DNA of 63,847 nucleotides, filler included, from Candidatus Woesearchaeota archaeon (GTDB lineage Archaea > Nanobdellota > Nanobdellia > Woesearchaeales > GCA-2687795), in NCBI GenBank assembly GCA_030753365.1. It is 9 parts of 9 records of this genome, joined end to end, with 100 filler letters (N's around TTAATTAATTAA, not from the genome) between each part and the next. Parts side by side here need not be neighbours in the genome. Positions count along the whole stretch, not along the records: positions 61,557 to 63,847 come from JASMCJ010000052.1; 8 more parts are not named here. The stretch is one strand, 5' to 3'. Numbering within the stretch: the first letter of the stretch is position 1; every line of letters begins with the position of its first letter. Positions 61,558 to 63,847 of the stretch are shown one piece after another. The position numbers were made by a program, and so were the translations under genes. Under the pieces are notes generated by a model. The model was given only the letters and a program-made list of their open reading frames with translations, ran no database searches and was not told the origin of the DNA.

Positions 61558-62694
61558 AGGGTTTATTTTGTTGATAAGGATGAAGAGGTTAATTCTACTG
61601 AGTTTAATGAGTTTCCGGAGATTATGGATAGTGTTAATGGCAGTTCAAAGGATAATGTTTTCTTAATAGAAGGGGATGAGTTTAAAGAAGCATTTTATGT
61701 TGGAAATATTGATGTGCCATATCCTTATTATCTTTGTTTTGAAGTGGAAGACGGGTTTTTAAGCATGCTTTTGGAAGGGAAGGGAATTTCAACAAAGTTG
61801 AGACATAAGGATAATATATTTAATTGCGGACATACAATTATTGAGCCTACTGGTGAAGAGATTGATAGGGTGCTTGAAGAAGCATTTGATGAGCCAGAGT
61901 TTGCGGCTGTATTATCTCTAACTGAGGAAGAAGCTCTTCAAATGGTTTCAGAGACTGAAGAAAAGGTTGATATGAGCAGAAAGATAGAGTGTGATGAAGG
62001 AAATGCCATTGTTGAGATTAATGTTGTTCCAAAGGATGGTGAAAGGCTGGAGAATTTTACTTATATAGAAAATATTCCAAAGGAGTGTATAGATAGCTTA
62101 AGCGGTAAGATGATAAGCTCTGGAAATTATGTTGTTAAGGATGACCCGTTAATAATGTGGAATTTTGATGAGATTGAGAAAGGAGAAAAGATAATTTATG
62201 AGATAACTGGTAAGTGCAATGAGACTGTTGATTGTGAAGAGGTTTTAGAGAGCATTGGTTTTGCTGAAGAGATTCAGGAAGTGACAAACCTGATAACGAT
62301 TAAAAAGTATGGTGTTGGCACTGAACGCCATGGACATTTTGAAGGTGTTGATATTTTTGATAAAGCAAGTGAACCTGATAATGTTATAGGAGATGTGTCT
62401 ATTTCTAATTTAATGCATATAGAGACAAATAGGAACAAGAAGCTGAATAATGGTGATAAAGTTGTTGTGCTTGCTAAATGCGGGAATGATACTGTTATAA
62501 TGTTAAGGAAGGAAAGGTCTCGCAAGTCTTTGGGTGATGAAGTTGAGAGTAAGATTTGCTCAGGTAAGCCTGAAGAGGTTCAGGAGTTAGAGTTTACTAT
62601 TTCAGGAGTACAATCTCATGCAGCGTTATGGGATATTACTGCAAATGATACAGTACAGTATGATTTTGTTACTTCTGATAAGGTTACTGATTAG
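61558..62694 (+). CDS. Acidic surface protein, paralog of the next gene; 5'-truncated
   Basis: Frame open from 61558; shares YFVDK, SSKDNVFL, YLCF, LEG.G, HK.N.FNCG.TIIEPT and FTYIE.IPKEC with the ORF at 62731. Confidence 0.75.
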   Translation, partial: RVYFVDKDEEVNSTEFNEFPEIMDSVNGSSKDNVFLIEGDEFKEAFYVGNIDVPYPYYLCFEVEDGFLSMLLEGKGISTKLRHKDNIFNCGHTIIEPTGEEIDRVLEEAFDEPEFAAVLSLTEEEALQMVSETEEKVDMSRKIECDEGNAIVEINVVPKDGERLENFTYIENIPKECIDSLSGKMISSGNYVVKDDPLIMWNFDEIEKGEKIIYEITGKCNETVDCEEVLESIGFAEEIQEVTNLITIKKYGVGTERHGHFEGVDIFDKASEPDNVIGDVSISNLMHIETNRNKKLNNGDKVVVLAKCGNDTVIMLRKERSRKSLGDEVESKICSGKPEEVQELEFTISGVQSHAALWDITANDTVQYDFVTSDKVTD

Positions 62695-62730
62695 AAAAAT
62701 ATTTATAGCTTCTATATTAAAAGAGAGATT

Positions 62731-63847
62731 ATGTATTTTGAAAAAGAGGTTAAGGTTGTAAGGTTTTTTGTTCTTGTTTGGCTAGTTATGAATATTACTT
62801 TGATGCCTCTTGCTGCTGCTTATGATTCTGGTAATGATGAAGTATCTGTTGTAAGGAAGGTTGTTGTTTTGGATGAAAATGGGGTTTTTGGGAAGGTTAC
62901 TCCAGTTACAGGGTTGCAGGATGTGTCTAAAAAAGGTTCAGGAGAGAATCTAAGCCTTTCTGCTATGGCGGTGTGGTTTTTGCTTGTGACTTTGTTTGCA
63001 GGTTCTGGTTATGTTAAGTATGGCAAGAAAGCGCAGTTTAATGGAACACTTATTGTCTTACTGGCTGTTCTTACTGCAGGAGTTATAATTATTTTTGGGT
63101 ATAATATTATTAAGTCTAATTTAAGTAGTCAATGCGATACTAGCTTAAAGCTTTTTCAGGAGAAGACTAAAGCAGCTATTGATGGAGCTGCGCGTAATGC
63201 AGGGTCTGTGAATGAGTTTGAGTATAAAGGGCTTTGTGAGATTGATGAGATTTATTTTGTTGATAAGAGTAAGGAGATTGATGTTTCAGAGTTAAGTGAT
63301 ATGCCTGAAATCCAGGGTAGTGTTGATAGTAGTTCTAAGGATAATGTTTTCCTTATGATGGATAATGAACTTGAGGAATCATTTGATATAGGAGATATTG
63401 ATATTCCGTCACCTAATTATCTTTGCTTTGTGGTGAATAATGGTAATCTTATTATGATGCTGGAAGGCAGGGGAAGCGCTACAAGGCCTAAGCATAAGGA
63501 GAATATGTTTAATTGCGGGTCTACTATTATTGAGCCTACTGTTGAGGAGGTAAGAGATATTCTAGTGGATGATGTTCTTGATGCTGGTACGCCTGTTGCT
63601 TTTACTGGTGCTCTGCCATCAACGGATGAGAATGTATTGACAGATCTTTTTTCTGAAACTAAGGAGCATGTGGATATGAGCAGGGAAGAGATTGAGTGTT
63701 TGGGAAATGATGCTGTTGTTGAGATAGAGATTTCTCCAAAGAGCGGGAAGGGGCTTGATAGTTTTACATATATAGAAAGGATTCCGAAGGAGTGTGTAGA
63801 TAATGAGGATCTAAATACATTATTGGTTACTACTGGGAGCTATTTTG
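62731..63847 (+). CDS. Membrane/surface protein with internal pilin-like KKAQ motif; 3'-truncated (not in ORF track)
   Basis: Open frame from the ATG at 62731 to the window end; signal-like N-terminus, TM, GKKAQ, second TM, then the domain shared with the upstream gene. Confidence 0.8.
   Translation, partial: MYFEKEVKVVRFFVLVWLVMNITLMPLAAAYDSGNDEVSVVRKVVVLDENGVFGKVTPVTGLQDVSKKGSGENLSLSAMAVWFLLVTLFAGSGYVKYGKKAQFNGTLIVLLAVLTAGVIIIFGYNIIKSNLSSQCDTSLKLFQEKTKAAIDGAARNAGSVNEFEYKGLCEIDEIYFVDKSKEIDVSELSDMPEIQGSVDSSSKDNVFLMMDNELEESFDIGDIDIPSPNYLCFVVNNGNLIMMLEGRGSATRPKHKENMFNCGSTIIEPTVEEVRDILVDDVLDAGTPVAFTGALPSTDENVLTDLFSETKEHVDMSREEIECLGNDAVVEIEISPKSGKGLDSFTYIERIPKECVDNEDLNTLLVTTGSYF

Overview
The window is nine contig fragments joined by artificial 100-nt linkers (N44-TTAATTAATTAA-N44 at 19675, 22626, 41300, 45060, 51911, 55199, 59029, 61457), so genes on either side of a linker need not be neighbours. 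The content is archaeal and resembles DPANN/Woesearchaeota (inferred): rpl15e, rpl44e, rpoL, aMBF1, taw1, IleRS, CDC48, TopA, AglB, TATA-type promoters and many sequon-rich surface proteins. Two divergent rpl15e copies and different strand skews between contigs suggest a possibly mixed bin. The strongest candidate for an undescribed system is a glucosylglycerate-type cluster at 12485-19674: GpgS, a GpgP/MpgP phosphatase, a glycerate kinase and an MggS-like GT4 enclose an extra GT-B enzyme and a pyruvyltransferase. Other notable items are a tandem HIT pair that both lack the catalytic histidine, a hypA-hypC-unknown-DMT module with no hydrogenase gene, a gingipain-like C25 protease with a shuffled Cys-rich array, an uncalled RHH gene behind four 11-bp-phased repeats coupled to a fibre-like surface protein, an internal pilin-type cleavage motif, two split genes and recurring palindromic intergenic elements. 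I found no CRISPR array, rRNA, convincing tRNA, transposase or reverse transcriptase. All calls come from motif recognition; no searches were run.
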